NCBI GenBank assembly: GCA_965243205.1
Contig: CBDEUK010000002.1
Coordinates: forward strand, 1,555,689-1,619,688
DNA length: 64,000 nt
Direction of reading: 5' to 3'
Source of the DNA: Gammaproteobacteria bacterium
GTDB lineage: Bacteria > Pseudomonadota > Gammaproteobacteria > Eutrophobiales > Eutrophobiaceae
Below are positions 27,323 to 39,014 of this stretch, in pieces. Below the pieces are notes generated by a model that was not told where the DNA came from, made no database searches, and was given only the letters and a program-made list of their open reading frames with translations. The position numbers were made by a program, and so were the translations under genes. How positions within the stretch are numbered: position 1 is the first letter of the stretch; each line of letters begins with the position of its first letter.

Positions 27323-28771
27323 TTAAGGCTCTTCTATTGATAAACGTTGTAAACGACTATAAAGCGTCGTTCGATTCACACCTAATAACCTCGCAGCTTT
27401 ACTTAAATTACCTTCTGCTTTTTTTAAAGCTAATTTTATATACCTTACTTCCCACTGATCTAATGTCCTGTCAAGATTAAAATGATCACCAAACAACTCT
27501 TGTTCTAACACTTGATCATTTATTAGGGTTATATCACCTATACTATCAGCATCAATACTGGTTTCTAATTCATCATTTAATTGTTGCAATGTCACTTCTT
27601 GTGATGGGTACTTCGCACCCAAACGAATCACTATATTACGTAATTCTCGTACATTTCCAGGAAAAAAATACTGTTTAAATCGTTCTTTTGCATATTTATC
27701 AAGCATGAAAGATTGTTTACCAGAAGCATATAATCTACAAAAATGTTCTAGTAAAATAAAACAATCATCGCCGCGTTGTCTTAACGGCGGCACATGAATC
27801 GTTAATACGCTGAGTCTATGGAATAAATCCTTACGAAAGCGGCCTTGTCTAACTTCTTCCCTTAAATCACGATTGGTAGCAGCAATAATTCGCGCATTTG
27901 AAAATTGCGCTGTAGTTTCACCAATTGGATGATACTCTCCACTTTCCAAGACTCTCAGTAATTTTGATTGTAAGTCTAATGGCAACTCACCAACTTCATC
28001 TAAGAATAAACAACCATCGTTTGCTTCGTGAAAGAAACCACTTTTATTTTCAGTAGCACCTGTAAACGAACCTTTTTTATGGCCAAACAATTGCGACTCA
28101 AGTAATTCTGAAGTAAAAGCGGCACAATTCACCGTCATATACTTACCATTACTTCTTGAGCTTAGTTTATATAATTGTTCAGCGACTAATTCTTTACCAC
28201 TACCTGACTCACCTTCTACTAAAACCGGAAACGGTTGTTCCGCAAATTGATCTATCAAACTTTTTAAGGTTTGAATAACTTGGCTTTCACCGAGAATAGG
28301 CTGGCTAACATCAGCTTCGGCAATATCTTCAGCACCTAAAATCATAACCTGATGATTTAATCGAGCTTGCAGTAACTCTAAATCACAAGGTTTTGGGATG
28401 AAATCAACAGCACCTAATGTCAAAGCGTGTTGAATGTTTTGTTGTTCATTCTGTCCTGATAAAACCAAGGTTTTTATCTTACGATTAAAACCTAATAAAT
28501 CTTTTATCAAAGAAAAACCTTCTTCTGGGCTGTGGGGTTTTGGCGGCAAACCCAAATCAACTAATGCTATATTAGGTTTGTGCTTAATTTTTTGCAGTTG
28601 AGTTTTTGCTTGGTCACGAGTCGATGCAGTAATCAATTCGTATTCGTCTTCAAGCAGCATAGCTAATGAATCCAAAATTAATGGATCATCATCAACTAAT
28701 AACAAACTGTGTTTTTGAGATGGTTTTGACATGATCAGTCTTAGTGAGTAATTAAGACAACCTCCAAGCAT
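27323..28771 (-). CDS. Sigma-54-dependent response regulator (NtrC/PilR family enhancer-binding protein)
   Basis: REC domain (LLLVDDD), AAA+ domain (GESGSGKE), GAFTGA motif (GSFTGA), C-terminal Fis-type HTH (AARLLGVNRTTLYSRL). Confidence 0.9.
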   Translation of the reverse strand: MLGGCLNYSLRLIMSKPSQKHSLLLVDDDPLILDSLAMLLEDEYELITASTRDQAKTQLQKIKHKPNIALVDLGLPPKPHSPEEGFSLIKDLLGFNRKIKTLVLSGQNEQQNIQHALTLGAVDFIPKPCDLELLQARLNHQVMILGAEDIAEADVSQPILGESQVIQTLKSLIDQFAEQPFPVLVEGESGSGKELVAEQLYKLSSRSNGKYMTVNCAAFTSELLESQLFGHKKGSFTGATENKSGFFHEANDGCLFLDEVGELPLDLQSKLLRVLESGEYHPIGETTAQFSNARIIAATNRDLREEVRQGRFRKDLFHRLSVLTIHVPPLRQRGDDCFILLEHFCRLYASGKQSFMLDKYAKERFKQYFFPGNVRELRNIVIRLGAKYPSQEVTLQQLNDELETSIDADSIGDITLINDQVLEQELFGDHFNLDRTLDQWEVRYIKLALKKAEGNLSKAARLLGVNRTTLYSRLQRLSIEEP

Positions 28772-28850
28772 GCAATCATGTCAAAATACAACGAAGCAGA
28801 TGTGTCCGCAAGCTTTTGATGGGAAAGTAAAAAGCTTATGTTTTAATAAA

Positions 28851-29735
28851 CTAGCTATTGCCTAAACCTAGATTCTCACAAATGGCTTCTGATGCGTCTG
28901 CTTGATTCATACTGTAAATATGAATACCCGGAGCGCCTTGCTCTAATAAGTTTTCACAAAGTTTAGTAGTTACTTCGATACCGAACTCACGAATCGCATT
29001 TCGATCATCCCCGAAATCCCGTAATCGTTTTAAGATCCAGCGCGGTATATCAGCGCCACAACCTTCAGAAAAACGTACTAACTGAGTACATGTTATGATT
29101 GGCATAACACCAGGTACAATTGGGATATCAATACCCATTTTTTCGCAATCATCAACGAAACGATAATACGCTTCAGCATTGTAAAAATACTGTGTGATTG
29201 CAGAATTTGCTCCTGCATCCACTTTCTTTTTAAAGTTTTCTAAGTCTTCTTTAGCTGTACTTGCTTGTGGGTGAAACTCAGGATAACAAGCTACACTGAT
29301 ATGAAAATGATCACCTGTTTCTTGTCGAATGAATTCGACTAATTCATTCGCATAACGTAATGATCCCATACCAACTAAACCTGAAGGCAAATCACCACGT
29401 AAAGCAACAACTTGATTAATTCCGCTATCGATATAAGTATCAAGCACAGCTTTAATATCTTCTGCATTCGAACCGATACACGATAAATGTGGTACCCCTG
29501 AGATACCCGTTTTCTCCCGAATATCAACAACTGTCTCTAATGTTCTTTCACGTGTGCTACCACCTGCACCAAAAGTCACTGAGAAAAAGCTTGGATTTAA
29601 TTTAGCCAAGCGTTCTTGGGTCATTTGCAATTTGCCTACGGCTTCGGGATTGCGTGGGGGAAAAAATTCAAAACTGAGTTCTTGTGGATGTTTCTTTTGA
29701 GATTCCATAGCATTTAAACCTTTATCGTTAAACAA
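28851..29735 (-). CDS. metF: 5,10-methylenetetrahydrofolate reductase
   Basis: FEFFPP...SVTFGAGGS signature. 294 aa. Confidence 0.9.
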   Translation of the reverse strand: MFNDKGLNAMESQKKHPQELSFEFFPPRNPEAVGKLQMTQERLAKLNPSFFSVTFGAGGSTRERTLETVVDIREKTGISGVPHLSCIGSNAEDIKAVLDTYIDSGINQVVALRGDLPSGLVGMGSLRYANELVEFIRQETGDHFHISVACYPEFHPQASTAKEDLENFKKKVDAGANSAITQYFYNAEAYYRFVDDCEKMGIDIPIVPGVMPIITCTQLVRFSEGCGADIPRWILKRLRDFGDDRNAIREFGIEVTTKLCENLLEQGAPGIHIYSMNQADASEAICENLGLGNS

Positions 29736-29799
29736 TCACCAACCTTAAGTTCTGTCTATAAGAACTTAAGATCGGCAATTTTATAAAAAATATTAATAA

Positions 29800-31215
29800 T
29801 TAATAACGATAGTGATTTGGCTTATAAGGTCCTTCAACAGAAACGTTGATATAGTCTGCCTGTTCTTGTGAAAGAACCGTTAATTTCGCACCAATTCTAT
29901 CCAAGTGTAACCGCGCTACTTTTTCATCAAGATGCTTAGGAAGCACATAAACATCGTTCTCGTATTTATCACCCTGACTCCATAATTCGATTTGCGCTAA
30001 AACTTGGTTAGTAAATGAGTTAGACATAACAAAACTAGGATGACCAGTTGCACAACCTAAGTTAACCAAACGACCTTCAGCCAACATGATAATGCGTTTA
30101 CCATCAGGGAATACGATGTGATCAACTTGTGGTTTAATATTTTCCCATTTCACGTCTTTAAGACCAGCAATGTCAATTTCATTATCAAAATGACCAATAT
30201 TACAAACAATCGCTTCGTTCTTCATGGCAGCCATATGCTCAGGCGTAATGATGTTAAAGTTACCAGTAGTCGTCACGAAGATATCTGCTTCACTTACAAC
30301 ATCATCCATTCTGACTACTCTATAACCTTCCATCGCTGCTTGTAATGCGCAGATAGGATCGATTTCAGTTACCCAAACCGTCGCGCCTAAACCGCGTAAT
30401 GATTGTGCCGAACCTTTACCTACATCACCATAACCTGCAACAACAGCTACCTTACCTGCGATCATTACGTCCGTTGCACGCTTGATACCATCGACCAATG
30501 ACTCACGACAACCATAAAGGTTATCGAATTTAGATTTAGTCACTGAATCATTAACGTTAATTGCTGGAAAAGTTAAATCTCCACTTTTAACCATTTGATA
30601 TAAACGGTTTACGCCAGTTGTGGTTTCTTCAGTCACACCTTGAATATTCTTCAATGTTGTTGAATAAAAATCAGGGGTTTCTTTTAAGGTTTCTTTTATC
30701 TTGGCAAATAAAACTGTTTCTTCTTCTGAACCAGGATTATCTAATACCGAAAGATCTTTCTCCGCTTTGCTTCCTAAAATAAGTAATGTTGTAGCGTCAC
30801 CACCATCATCCAAAATCATATTTGGTGTAGAACCATCATGCCATTTCATAATTCGATGAGTGAAATCCCAATACTCTTCCAAGCTCTCGCCTTTATAAGC
30901 AAAAACTGGAATACCTTGATCGGCGATTGCTGCTGCAGCGTGATCCTGCGTGGAGAAAATATTACATGAAACCCAACGAACCTCTGCGCCTAAAGCAACT
31001 AAGGTCTCGATAAGAACTGCGGTTTGAATGGTCATATGTAATGACCCAGCGATTTTCGCACCTTTTAATGGTTGTGAATCTTTGTATTCTTCGCGAATTG
31101 ATACCAAACCTGGCATTTCGGTTTCAGCGATACGGATTTCTTTGTGGCCCCATGAAGCCAATGACATGTCAGCGACATGATAGTCAGAACTGAGAGTAGA
31201 AGCTGCTACGCTCAT
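29800..31215 (-). CDS. ahcY: Adenosylhomocysteinase
   Basis: [17 protein letters not shown], an NAD-binding site and HFDNEID. The start is placed at the ATG preceded by GGAGGT. Confidence 0.95.
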   Translation of the reverse strand: MSVAASTLSSDYHVADMSLASWGHKEIRIAETEMPGLVSIREEYKDSQPLKGAKIAGSLHMTIQTAVLIETLVALGAEVRWVSCNIFSTQDHAAAAIADQGIPVFAYKGESLEEYWDFTHRIMKWHDGSTPNMILDDGGDATTLLILGSKAEKDLSVLDNPGSEEETVLFAKIKETLKETPDFYSTTLKNIQGVTEETTTGVNRLYQMVKSGDLTFPAINVNDSVTKSKFDNLYGCRESLVDGIKRATDVMIAGKVAVVAGYGDVGKGSAQSLRGLGATVWVTEIDPICALQAAMEGYRVVRMDDVVSEADIFVTTTGNFNIITPEHMAAMKNEAIVCNIGHFDNEIDIAGLKDVKWENIKPQVDHIVFPDGKRIIMLAEGRLVNLGCATGHPSFVMSNSFTNQVLAQIELWSQGDKYENDVYVLPKHLDEKVARLHLDRIGAKLTVLSQEQADYINVSVEGPYKPNHYRY

Positions 31216-31237
31216 GTTGTTCACCTCCAAACAATAT

Positions 31238-31350
31238 AAGCGAGCGCCGTTGTGAATCTTGCCCCTTTACTGAGCCTGGCGGGTAATCCAAAATAATTTT
31301 GGCAGAATATTTTCTGGCCCGTCGCAGCGCTCCTCAGTACTGAGGTTTAT
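31238..31350 (-). ncRNA. SAH (S-adenosylhomocysteine) riboswitch in the ahcY 5' leader
   Basis: Minus-strand transcript: ...CUCAGUACUGAGGAGCGCUGCGACGGGCC...GCCAGGCUCAGUAAAGGGGC...AACGGCGCUCGC. This matches the RF01057 conserved blocks GAGGAGCGCUGCGAC / CAGGCUC / AACGGCGCUC. It lies about 15 nt upstream of the SD. Confidence 0.75.
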
Positions 31351-31506
31351 CAAGAGAGCGCGAGTATAGTACGGAAATTCGCGATATTCAAAGGCTTGTT
31401 ATCGGAAAAAAATATAATTGTCTTTAACAAAAAATTACAGAACGTTAAGTCAAAATAATAAACGCGACCGAAGTCGCGTTTATTAATTATCAAAATGAAT
31501 TAATAC

Positions 31507-32667
31507 TTAAAGCGCTGACTTTAATGCGTCTGCTTTATCTGTACGTTCCCAAGGTAAATCCACATCGGTACGGCCAAAGTGCCCGTAAGCTGCCGTAGCT
31601 TTATATATAGGACGTAATAAATCTAGCATTTGGATTATACCTTTAGGACGTAAATCAAAATGTTCGCGCACTAATTCGGTTAACTTTGCTTCATCTACTT
31701 TACCTGTACCAAAAGTTTCAACCGTAATTGATGTAGGTTCAGCAACACCGATCGCATAAGAAACTTGTAACTCACAACGTTCTGCTAAACCAGCCGCTAC
31801 AATATTCTTCGCAACATAACGTGCTGCATAAGCCGCTGAGCGATCTACTTTTGAAGGATCTTTTCCAGAGAAAGCACCGCCACCATGACGTGCCATACCA
31901 CCGTAAGTATCAACAATGATCTTACGGCCGGTTAAACCACAATCACCCACAGGGCCGCCAATCACAAAACGACCTGTAGGATTAACAAGATAACGCGTTT
32001 TATCTGTAATCATATTGGCAGGAAGCACAGGCTTAATAACTTCCTCAATAACAGCTTCCACTAAATCTTCATGTTTTATATCTTCATCGTGTTGCGTAGA
32101 TAAAACCACAGTATCAATCGCTACGGGTTTATTATCTTCATAAACAAACGTTAATTGTGATTTTGCATCTGGTCGTAACCAAGCAAGCTGCCCATTTTTA
32201 CGTACTTCAGATTGTTTCTTCACAAGTTTGTGTGCATATGAAATTGGAGCTGGCATTAATTCATCCGTTTCATTACATGCAAAACCAAACATCAAACCTT
32301 GGTCGCCAGCACCTTGGTTTAAATCAATACCTTCACCTTCATTAACACCTTGAGCAATATCCGCAGACTGCTCATCCATTGAAACGATAATGGCACAAGT
32401 GTCTGCATCGAAACCCATTTCAGACGAGGTGTATCCGATTTCACGGATGGTATCCCGAGCGGTATTAGTAAAATCAATTTGTGCTGAAGTGGTGATTTCA
32501 CCCGAAAGCACGACCATTCCAGTATTTACTAAAGTTTCACAGGCTACGCGTGCAGCTGGATCTTGAGCAAAAATAGCATCAATGATGGAATCTGAAACTT
32601 GATCGGCGACTTTGTCTGGGTGACCTTCTGATACCGATTCAGAAGTGAATAAAAAATTGCTGGCCAT
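31507..32667 (-). CDS. metK: S-adenosylmethionine synthetase
   Basis: [19 protein letters not shown]...GDQG....GGGAFSGKD. The start is trimmed to the internal Met. Confidence 0.95.
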   Translation of the reverse strand: MASNFLFTSESVSEGHPDKVADQVSDSIIDAIFAQDPAARVACETLVNTGMVVLSGEITTSAQIDFTNTARDTIREIGYTSSEMGFDADTCAIIVSMDEQSADIAQGVNEGEGIDLNQGAGDQGLMFGFACNETDELMPAPISYAHKLVKKQSEVRKNGQLAWLRPDAKSQLTFVYEDNKPVAIDTVVLSTQHDEDIKHEDLVEAVIEEVIKPVLPANMITDKTRYLVNPTGRFVIGGPVGDCGLTGRKIIVDTYGGMARHGGGAFSGKDPSKVDRSAAYAARYVAKNIVAAGLAERCELQVSYAIGVAEPTSITVETFGTGKVDEAKLTELVREHFDLRPKGIIQMLDLLRPIYKATAAYGHFGRTDVDLPWERTDKADALKSAL

Positions 32668-32805
32668 AATTAAACCTTTAAAAGATGTTTGAGTAATTCG
32701 AAAGGCGGCGATTGTAACGAAGATTATCAAGAATTCCTATCATTTAGCGCTTACAATACATTCTTATGATTTATAATTAATCAAACTCTTCATAGGAAAG
32801 TAAGT

Positions 32806-33363
32806 ATGGCATTAATGGAAACCCCTATATGTAATTTTGGCGAAAGAGCCTATGATTTCACTTTAAAAAACGTTGATAGCTCACTCATGAGTCTCGAACA
32901 ATGTCGTGGTGAAAATGGAACCGTGATTATGTTCATCTCCAATCATTGCCCTTATGTAAAAGCTATTCAAACTACGTTAGTCTCTGATGCAAATAAACTT
33001 TCGGAAATTGGGGTCAATTGTGTTGCTATCATGCCAAATGATATCGTTAATTATCCTGAAGATTCTTTCGAAAACATGCAACGAGTTGCTCAAGAATGGG
33101 AATACCCATTTCCTTACTTAATCGATGAAACACAAGAAGTTGCACGCCAATACGATGCTAAGTGCACGCCTGATTTTTTTGGCTACAACCGTGATTTAGA
33201 ACTTCAATACCGTGGCCGACTAAATTCAATAACACCTTCAAATACAGCGCCTGAAACTATTGGGCAAGACTTAGTCGATGCCATGAGGCAAGTTGCTGAA
33301 ACAGGCAAAGGTCCTACACAACAAATACCGAGCATGGGTTGTTCCATTAAATGGCGGAATTAA
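32806..33363 (+). CDS. Thioredoxin-fold (AhpC/TSA-redoxin-like) protein
   Basis: 185 aa. HCPYVK motif after a beta-strand, typical of the redoxin fold. Confidence 0.5.
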   Translation: MALMETPICNFGERAYDFTLKNVDSSLMSLEQCRGENGTVIMFISNHCPYVKAIQTTLVSDANKLSEIGVNCVAIMPNDIVNYPEDSFENMQRVAQEWEYPFPYLIDETQEVARQYDAKCTPDFFGYNRDLELQYRGRLNSITPSNTAPETIGQDLVDAMRQVAETGKGPTQQIPSMGCSIKWRN

Positions 33364-33372
33364 CTGTTAACT

Positions 33373-34254
33373 TTAAGATAGTGATGAAAGCTCAATAAAA
33401 CTTTCTATAAAATATATCGCTTTATCTGTTTTTTTCATACCGGCATACAAAGATTTTTGTATGCCATTCTTACCTAACCGAACCAATGTAATTGGTAACG
33501 CTTCGAGATAATCTTGCGCTAACCACTTTGGCAACACACATATACCTCGATTAAACCCGACTAGCTGTAACATAATCTCAATAGATTCAATCTGCTTATG
33601 CTCTCGTACTTCACAATTTGCAGGAATTAAAAATTGAGCAAAGATATCTAATCTCTCTACTGCCACAGGAAATGTGAAAAGAGTTTGATCATGCAACATG
33701 TGAGGCTTAACAATTTTATTGTCAGCCAATACATTACTTTTATTTACAACTAAGACCGTTTCATAATCGAACAAAGAAACATAATGCAAACTCTTATCTT
33801 TGATCGGATCTGGAGTTATCAATAAGTCAATATGGCCATTCGATAAAGCATTAAGTCCACTAAACTGAAACTTAGTCACGATGTCCACATCAACGTCTGG
33901 GTATCGATGAAGAAACTTTATAATTGCTTTAGATAACCAGGTGTAACATGGATAACATTCGACACCAATCCTGAGCATTCCTTGTTTGCCTTCGCCATAT
34001 GCTTTTAAAGTCTGTTCTGCCTTATTGATAGTTGGTAATACAGTTTGTGCTAAATGTAATACCAGTTCACCGCTTTGCGTTAATCTCAATTGCCTGCCTT
34101 CTTTCTTCCATAAAGAAGTACCTAGTTTTTCTTCCAAATTTTTCATTTGGTGTGAAAGAGCTGATTGCGTCAAATAAAGCGAGTTAGCCGCTTCAGTTAA
34201 CGTACCGTACTCATGCAAAGCATTAATGATACTAAGATGTATTCGCTCAATCAT
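33373..34254 (-). CDS. metR: LysR-family transcriptional regulator, likely MetR (divergent from metE)
   Basis: N-terminal HTH LTEAANSLYLTQSALSHQMKNLEEKLG. Divergent arrangement with metE. Confidence 0.75.
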   Translation of the reverse strand: MIERIHLSIINALHEYGTLTEAANSLYLTQSALSHQMKNLEEKLGTSLWKKEGRQLRLTQSGELVLHLAQTVLPTINKAEQTLKAYGEGKQGMLRIGVECYPCYTWLSKAIIKFLHRYPDVDVDIVTKFQFSGLNALSNGHIDLLITPDPIKDKSLHYVSLFDYETVLVVNKSNVLADNKIVKPHMLHDQTLFTFPVAVERLDIFAQFLIPANCEVREHKQIESIEIMLQLVGFNRGICVLPKWLAQDYLEALPITLVRLGKNGIQKSLYAGMKKTDKAIYFIESFIELSSLS

Positions 34255-34262
34255 TTATATAT

Positions 34263-34275
34263 GAACATTTCTCAT
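34263..34275. promoter_or_regulatory. Candidate MetR box in the metR-metE intergenic region
   Basis: TGAACATTTCTCA matches TGAA-N5-TTCA at 12 of 13 positions. Confidence 0.3.
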
Positions 34276-34359
34276 AAATATTAAATTATATATCATTATT
34301 TTTCATGATAATAGCTGGATAAACTGCGCGGCCTAATTAACAAACCTAAGGAGACGGTA

Positions 34360-36642
34360 ATGGCCGTTATTCATAATCTAGGCTTTCCACGTATAGGAAA
34401 ACATCGAGAATTAAAATTTGCATTAGAACAATATTGGGCAGAACAACTGGATCAAACATCCTTGTTTGCAAAAGCAACAAAGCTACGTGAGGAGCATTGG
34501 CGCTTACAATCAGATTTAACCATGCAAACCGTTGGAGATTTTTCGTTTTATGATCAAGTGCTTGATACGAGTGAATTAGTCGGGAATATTCCTCCACGCT
34601 TTCAACAAGAAAATAGTATTAGCGGACTCGATAATTATTTTCTCGTTGCAAGAGGTCGATCAACGTCATCGAGCCCTTCTTCACATGCCAGTGAAATGAC
34701 AAAGTGGTTCGATACCAATTACCACTACATCGTGCCTGAGTTTGATTGCAATACGCAATTCAGTTTGCATGCGGAAAACTTGTTGCAACAAATAAAAGAA
34801 GCAAAGTCTCTTGGTTATAAGATCAAGCCCGTTATGATTGGACCTGTTTCGTACTTATGGTTAGGAAAGTCAAAAGACTCAACCAACAAACTTGAGTTGT
34901 TAGAGAGCTTATTACCTGTATACCTAGAATTATTAAATCAATTACATGCAGAAAATATTGAGTGGGTTCAAATCGATGAACCAGCTTTGGTCATGAATTT
35001 ATCGCGTGAATGGATCAATGCCTATGAACATGCTTATTTTGTTTTAAAATCTGCGTTGCCAAAAATTTTATTAACAACCTACTTTGGACCATTAAAAGGA
35101 AACTTACGTTTAGCATGTGAACTACCCATTGATGGGTTACACATTGATGCCATCAATGCCAAACAGGAAGTTGAACAAATAATCGATTGGCTACCTCAAC
35201 ATAAAGTGCTTTCACTCGGTGTGATTGATGGCAGAAATATTTGGAAAAGTGATCTAAACCAATTATTGGATTGGTTAGAACCATTGTTTGAAAAACGTAA
35301 AGATAAACTATGGCTAGCACCTTCTTGCTCATTACTCCACGTACCTATCGAACTAAAAGATGAGACAAAAATAGATCCCGAAATTTCGTCGTGGATGGCA
35401 TTCGCAATAGAAAAAATTCAAGAACTGAACATATTATCTTTAGCATTAACAAAGGGACGTGAATATGTAAAAGATGCATTAACTACCAATAGAGTCGCTA
35501 TTGATAATAGAAAAAACTCTAACAAAGCACATAACCCTGATTTGCAACAAAGGCTAAATGAAATATCGGACGATATGACAAAACGTAAGAGTTCACATAA
35601 ACAAAGGGCAGCTCTTCATAAGCAACGTTTAAATTTACCGTTATTTCCAACCACAACGATAGGTTCATTTCCACAAACCTCAGAGATTAGAAAAACTCGT
35701 AATGATTATCGCTCAGGAGAAATAACTCGAACTGCTTATGAAAAATTTATACAGGATACGATTGAATATCTGATCCGCGAACAAGAAGCCTATGATTTAG
35801 ATGTTCTTGTTCATGGAGAGCCAGAACGAAATGATATGGTGGAATATTTCTCTGAACACTTAGAAGGCTGCTTATCTACACAAGCTGGCTGGGTACAATC
35901 CTATGGTTCCCGTTGTGTAAAACCTCCCATTATCTATGGCGATATTGAACGCCCTAAGGCCATGACAGTAGACTGGATAAACTACGCTCAATCACTGACA
36001 GACAAACCTGTTAAAGGCATGTTAACTGGACCAACAACCATTCTAAATTGGTCATTTGTTCGTGATGATCAACCCTTGGCTGATACTTGCATACAACTTG
36101 CCTTAGCGATTCGGGATGAAGTATTGGATTTAGAAAAATCAGGCATCAACATTATTCAAATCGATGAAGCAGCTTTAAGAGAAGGTTTGCCGCTACGTAA
36201 AGAAGATTGGGAAGACTATCTATCATGGGCAATTAAATCATTTCGCCTAGCAGCGAATGGTGTTAGCGATGAAACGCAAATCCATACCCACATGTGCTAT
36301 TCAGAATTTAACGATATTATTCACGCAATTGCCGACATGGATGCGGATGTCATCACCATAGAAAACTCTCGGTCAGATATGGAGCTATTAGAAGCATTTG
36401 TGGATTTCGACTACCCTAATCAAATTGGCCCGGGCGTCTATGATATTCATTCGCCAAATGTGCCTGAAATCCAAAATATTATCGATAGCATGAAAAAAGC
36501 TACACAACATATTCCAATTGAAAATTTATGGTTGAACCCTGACTGCGGATTAAAAACTCGCTCTTGGGAAGAAGTCAAACCTGCATTGATGAACATGGTG
36601 GAAGCCGGGAAACAATTACGTAGTGCTCACGGTCAGTCTTAA
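34360..36642 (+). CDS. metE: Cobalamin-independent methionine synthase
   Basis: 760 aa. N-terminus [24 protein letters not shown]. Zn-binding residues in the C-terminal half ([16 protein letters not shown]). Confidence 0.95.
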   Translation: MAVIHNLGFPRIGKHRELKFALEQYWAEQLDQTSLFAKATKLREEHWRLQSDLTMQTVGDFSFYDQVLDTSELVGNIPPRFQQENSISGLDNYFLVARGRSTSSSPSSHASEMTKWFDTNYHYIVPEFDCNTQFSLHAENLLQQIKEAKSLGYKIKPVMIGPVSYLWLGKSKDSTNKLELLESLLPVYLELLNQLHAENIEWVQIDEPALVMNLSREWINAYEHAYFVLKSALPKILLTTYFGPLKGNLRLACELPIDGLHIDAINAKQEVEQIIDWLPQHKVLSLGVIDGRNIWKSDLNQLLDWLEPLFEKRKDKLWLAPSCSLLHVPIELKDETKIDPEISSWMAFAIEKIQELNILSLALTKGREYVKDALTTNRVAIDNRKNSNKAHNPDLQQRLNEISDDMTKRKSSHKQRAALHKQRLNLPLFPTTTIGSFPQTSEIRKTRNDYRSGEITRTAYEKFIQDTIEYLIREQEAYDLDVLVHGEPERNDMVEYFSEHLEGCLSTQAGWVQSYGSRCVKPPIIYGDIERPKAMTVDWINYAQSLTDKPVKGMLTGPTTILNWSFVRDDQPLADTCIQLALAIRDEVLDLEKSGINIIQIDEAALREGLPLRKEDWEDYLSWAIKSFRLAANGVSDETQIHTHMCYSEFNDIIHAIADMDADVITIENSRSDMELLEAFVDFDYPNQIGPGVYDIHSPNVPEIQNIIDSMKKATQHIPIENLWLNPDCGLKTRSWEEVKPALMNMVEAGKQLRSAHGQS

Positions 36643-36928
36643 AAATCATTTATGCAAAACTGAATATGGCTGAATCATGCCACATTGATTCAGCCATATT
36701 TGATAAAAATACAGAAATTCAGCTAAAAAAAAGCGATTTGTAGCGAAAATCCACAATACCATGCCTAAATTTACTTGCTCATAACAACCTAGTAATAGAG
36801 AATACGCCCTTCTTTTTATAAGTCCGGATCTCACCAGTATTAACTTCAACTGGTATTCCTGAGCAGCAACAAAATCCCATCAAAGAGGATTCTCAGGAAT
36901 CAATGCCGACAACTATCAATGGTACAAA

Positions 36929-38971
36929 ATGACTATGAAACAACAAACAGCCTCTGAGAATTCTAGCGAGGCCGTGAGTCCATCACGCCAACAATTAGCC
37001 AATGCAATCCGTGCTTTGAGCATGGATGCTGTACAAAAAGCCAAATCAGGGCATCCTGGTGCACCTATGGGGATGGCCGATATAGCAGAAGTGTTATGGA
37101 ATAATTTTATGCGCCATAACCCAGCTAATCCAAATTGGATTAATCGTGATCGTTTTATCATGTCAAACGGTCATGGCTCAATGTTGTTGTATTCGGTGTT
37201 ACATTTAACTGGTTATGACCTTTCCATTGATGATTTAAAAAACTTTCGTCAATTGCATTCAAAAACACCTGGTCACCCTGAATACGGTTATGCTCCTGGT
37301 GTTGAAACCACAACAGGTCCTTTAGGACAAGGTATTGCGAATGCGATTGGGATGGCGATAGCCGAACAAGTATTAGCATCAACTTATAACCGACCTGACC
37401 ATAATATTATTGATCACTATACATATGTTTCTGTGGGCGATGGCTGTTTAATGGAAGGCATCTCGCATGAAGTCTGTTCACTAGCCGGGACTTTAAAACT
37501 TGGCAAACTGATTACGCTGTTTGATTCCAATCAAATTTCGATCGATGGTGATATCTCAGGTTGGTTTACCGATGACCATGCGAATCGCTTCCGTTCGTAT
37601 GGCTGGCATGTCATCGAAAATGTCGATGGTCATGATCCAGAAGCAATTGATCAAGCTATTAAACAAGCTCAGGCTGAAACTGATAAACCTAGTTTTATCA
37701 TTATTAACACCATTATTGGTAAAGGTTCTCCGAACAAGCAAGGTTCTGAAAGCAGCCATGGTGCACCTTTGGGCGACGATGAAATTGCTGCGACTCGTAA
37801 AGAACTCGGTTGGGAACACGCGCCTTTTGAAATTCCCGAAGATATCTATAACGGTTGGAATGCCAAACAATCTGGTCAAAAACTAGAATCTGAATGGAAC
37901 GCTCAATTTATTGAGTATGAAAAAGCTCACCCAGAATTAGCAGATGAACTTACTCGAAGAATATCAGGCGAATTACCAAGTAACTGGCAACAGTCCATCG
38001 ATGCTTTTATCCAACAAACCGTTGAGAAAGCAGAAAAGATTGCATCTCGTAAAGCTTCACAAAATTCATTAAATGCCATCGGCCCTGTTTTGCCAGAACT
38101 GATTGGCGGTTCAGCTGACTTAGCTGGTTCTAACTTAACGATTTGGTCAGGCTCAGAGGATATTCAAACTGAAGGCTCGAAAAACTATATTTATTATGGT
38201 GTACGCGAATTCGGCATGACTGCGATTAATAATGGTATTGCTTTACATGGTGGTTTTATCCCTTATGGTGCAACATTCTTAATGTTCTCGGAATACGCTC
38301 GAAATGCTCTGCGTATGGCGGCATTAATGAAAGTACAGAACATTAATATTTTTACTCATGACTCAATTGGTTTAGGGGAAGATGGCCCAACCCATCAACC
38401 AGTCGAACAAGCTTCTACTTTACGTTTAATGCCTAATATGTCGGTATGGCGTCCATGCGATGCCGTTGAATCTGCTGTTGCTTGGAAAGCCGCAATTGAA
38501 AATACCAAAGGTCCATCCTCACTATTATTTTCACGCCAAGGCTTGCAACATATTGAACGTACTGAACAACAAATAAATGATATTTCTAGGGGTGGCTATA
38601 TTTTAATTGAAGGTACCGCTGAACCCGAGGCCATAGTGATTGCAACTGGCTCTGAAGTCGGCATGGCCTTCAACGTTGTCACACAACTTTCAGAATCTGG
38701 TCACAAGATCCGATTAGTATCAATGCCTTCTACAGATGCATTTGATAAACAAGACTCTGAATATCGAGAATATGTCTTACCACCTGAATGCAGTAAACGC
38801 ATTGCTGTCGAAGCAGGTGTCACAGATTTCTGGCGTAAATACGTCGGATTAAATGGAGCAGTTTTGGGTGTTGATACTTTTGGCGAATCAGCCCCAGCAA
38901 ATGATGTATATAAACATTTTGGATTAACAGAAGAAAATTTAAGCGAATTAGTAAAATCACTGCTAGATTAA
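36929..38971 (+). CDS. tkt: Transketolase
   Basis: [35 protein letters not shown]. ThDP-binding [12 protein letters not shown]. Confidence 0.95.
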   Translation: MTMKQQTASENSSEAVSPSRQQLANAIRALSMDAVQKAKSGHPGAPMGMADIAEVLWNNFMRHNPANPNWINRDRFIMSNGHGSMLLYSVLHLTGYDLSIDDLKNFRQLHSKTPGHPEYGYAPGVETTTGPLGQGIANAIGMAIAEQVLASTYNRPDHNIIDHYTYVSVGDGCLMEGISHEVCSLAGTLKLGKLITLFDSNQISIDGDISGWFTDDHANRFRSYGWHVIENVDGHDPEAIDQAIKQAQAETDKPSFIIINTIIGKGSPNKQGSESSHGAPLGDDEIAATRKELGWEHAPFEIPEDIYNGWNAKQSGQKLESEWNAQFIEYEKAHPELADELTRRISGELPSNWQQSIDAFIQQTVEKAEKIASRKASQNSLNAIGPVLPELIGGSADLAGSNLTIWSGSEDIQTEGSKNYIYYGVREFGMTAINNGIALHGGFIPYGATFLMFSEYARNALRMAALMKVQNINIFTHDSIGLGEDGPTHQPVEQASTLRLMPNMSVWRPCDAVESAVAWKAAIENTKGPSSLLFSRQGLQHIERTEQQINDISRGGYILIEGTAEPEAIVIATGSEVGMAFNVVTQLSESGHKIRLVSMPSTDAFDKQDSEYREYVLPPECSKRIAVEAGVTDFWRKYVGLNGAVLGVDTFGESAPANDVYKHFGLTEENLSELVKSLLD

Positions 38972-39014
38972 TCTGTTTGAAATTATTAAAAAATAGATTG
39001 GAGAATAGATAAAA

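Noticed and set aside
32668-32805. Possible SAM riboswitch or MetJ boxes in the metK leader
   Set aside because: The 5' UTR was read on the minus strand. No SAM-I or SAM-II conserved cores and no AGACGTCT repeats were recognisable.
36643-36928. ORFs 36646..36849 and 36916..37161 between metE and tkt
   Set aside because: This is an intergenic/promoter region for tkt. The ORFs have no SD, their composition is not protein-like, and one overlaps the tkt start.
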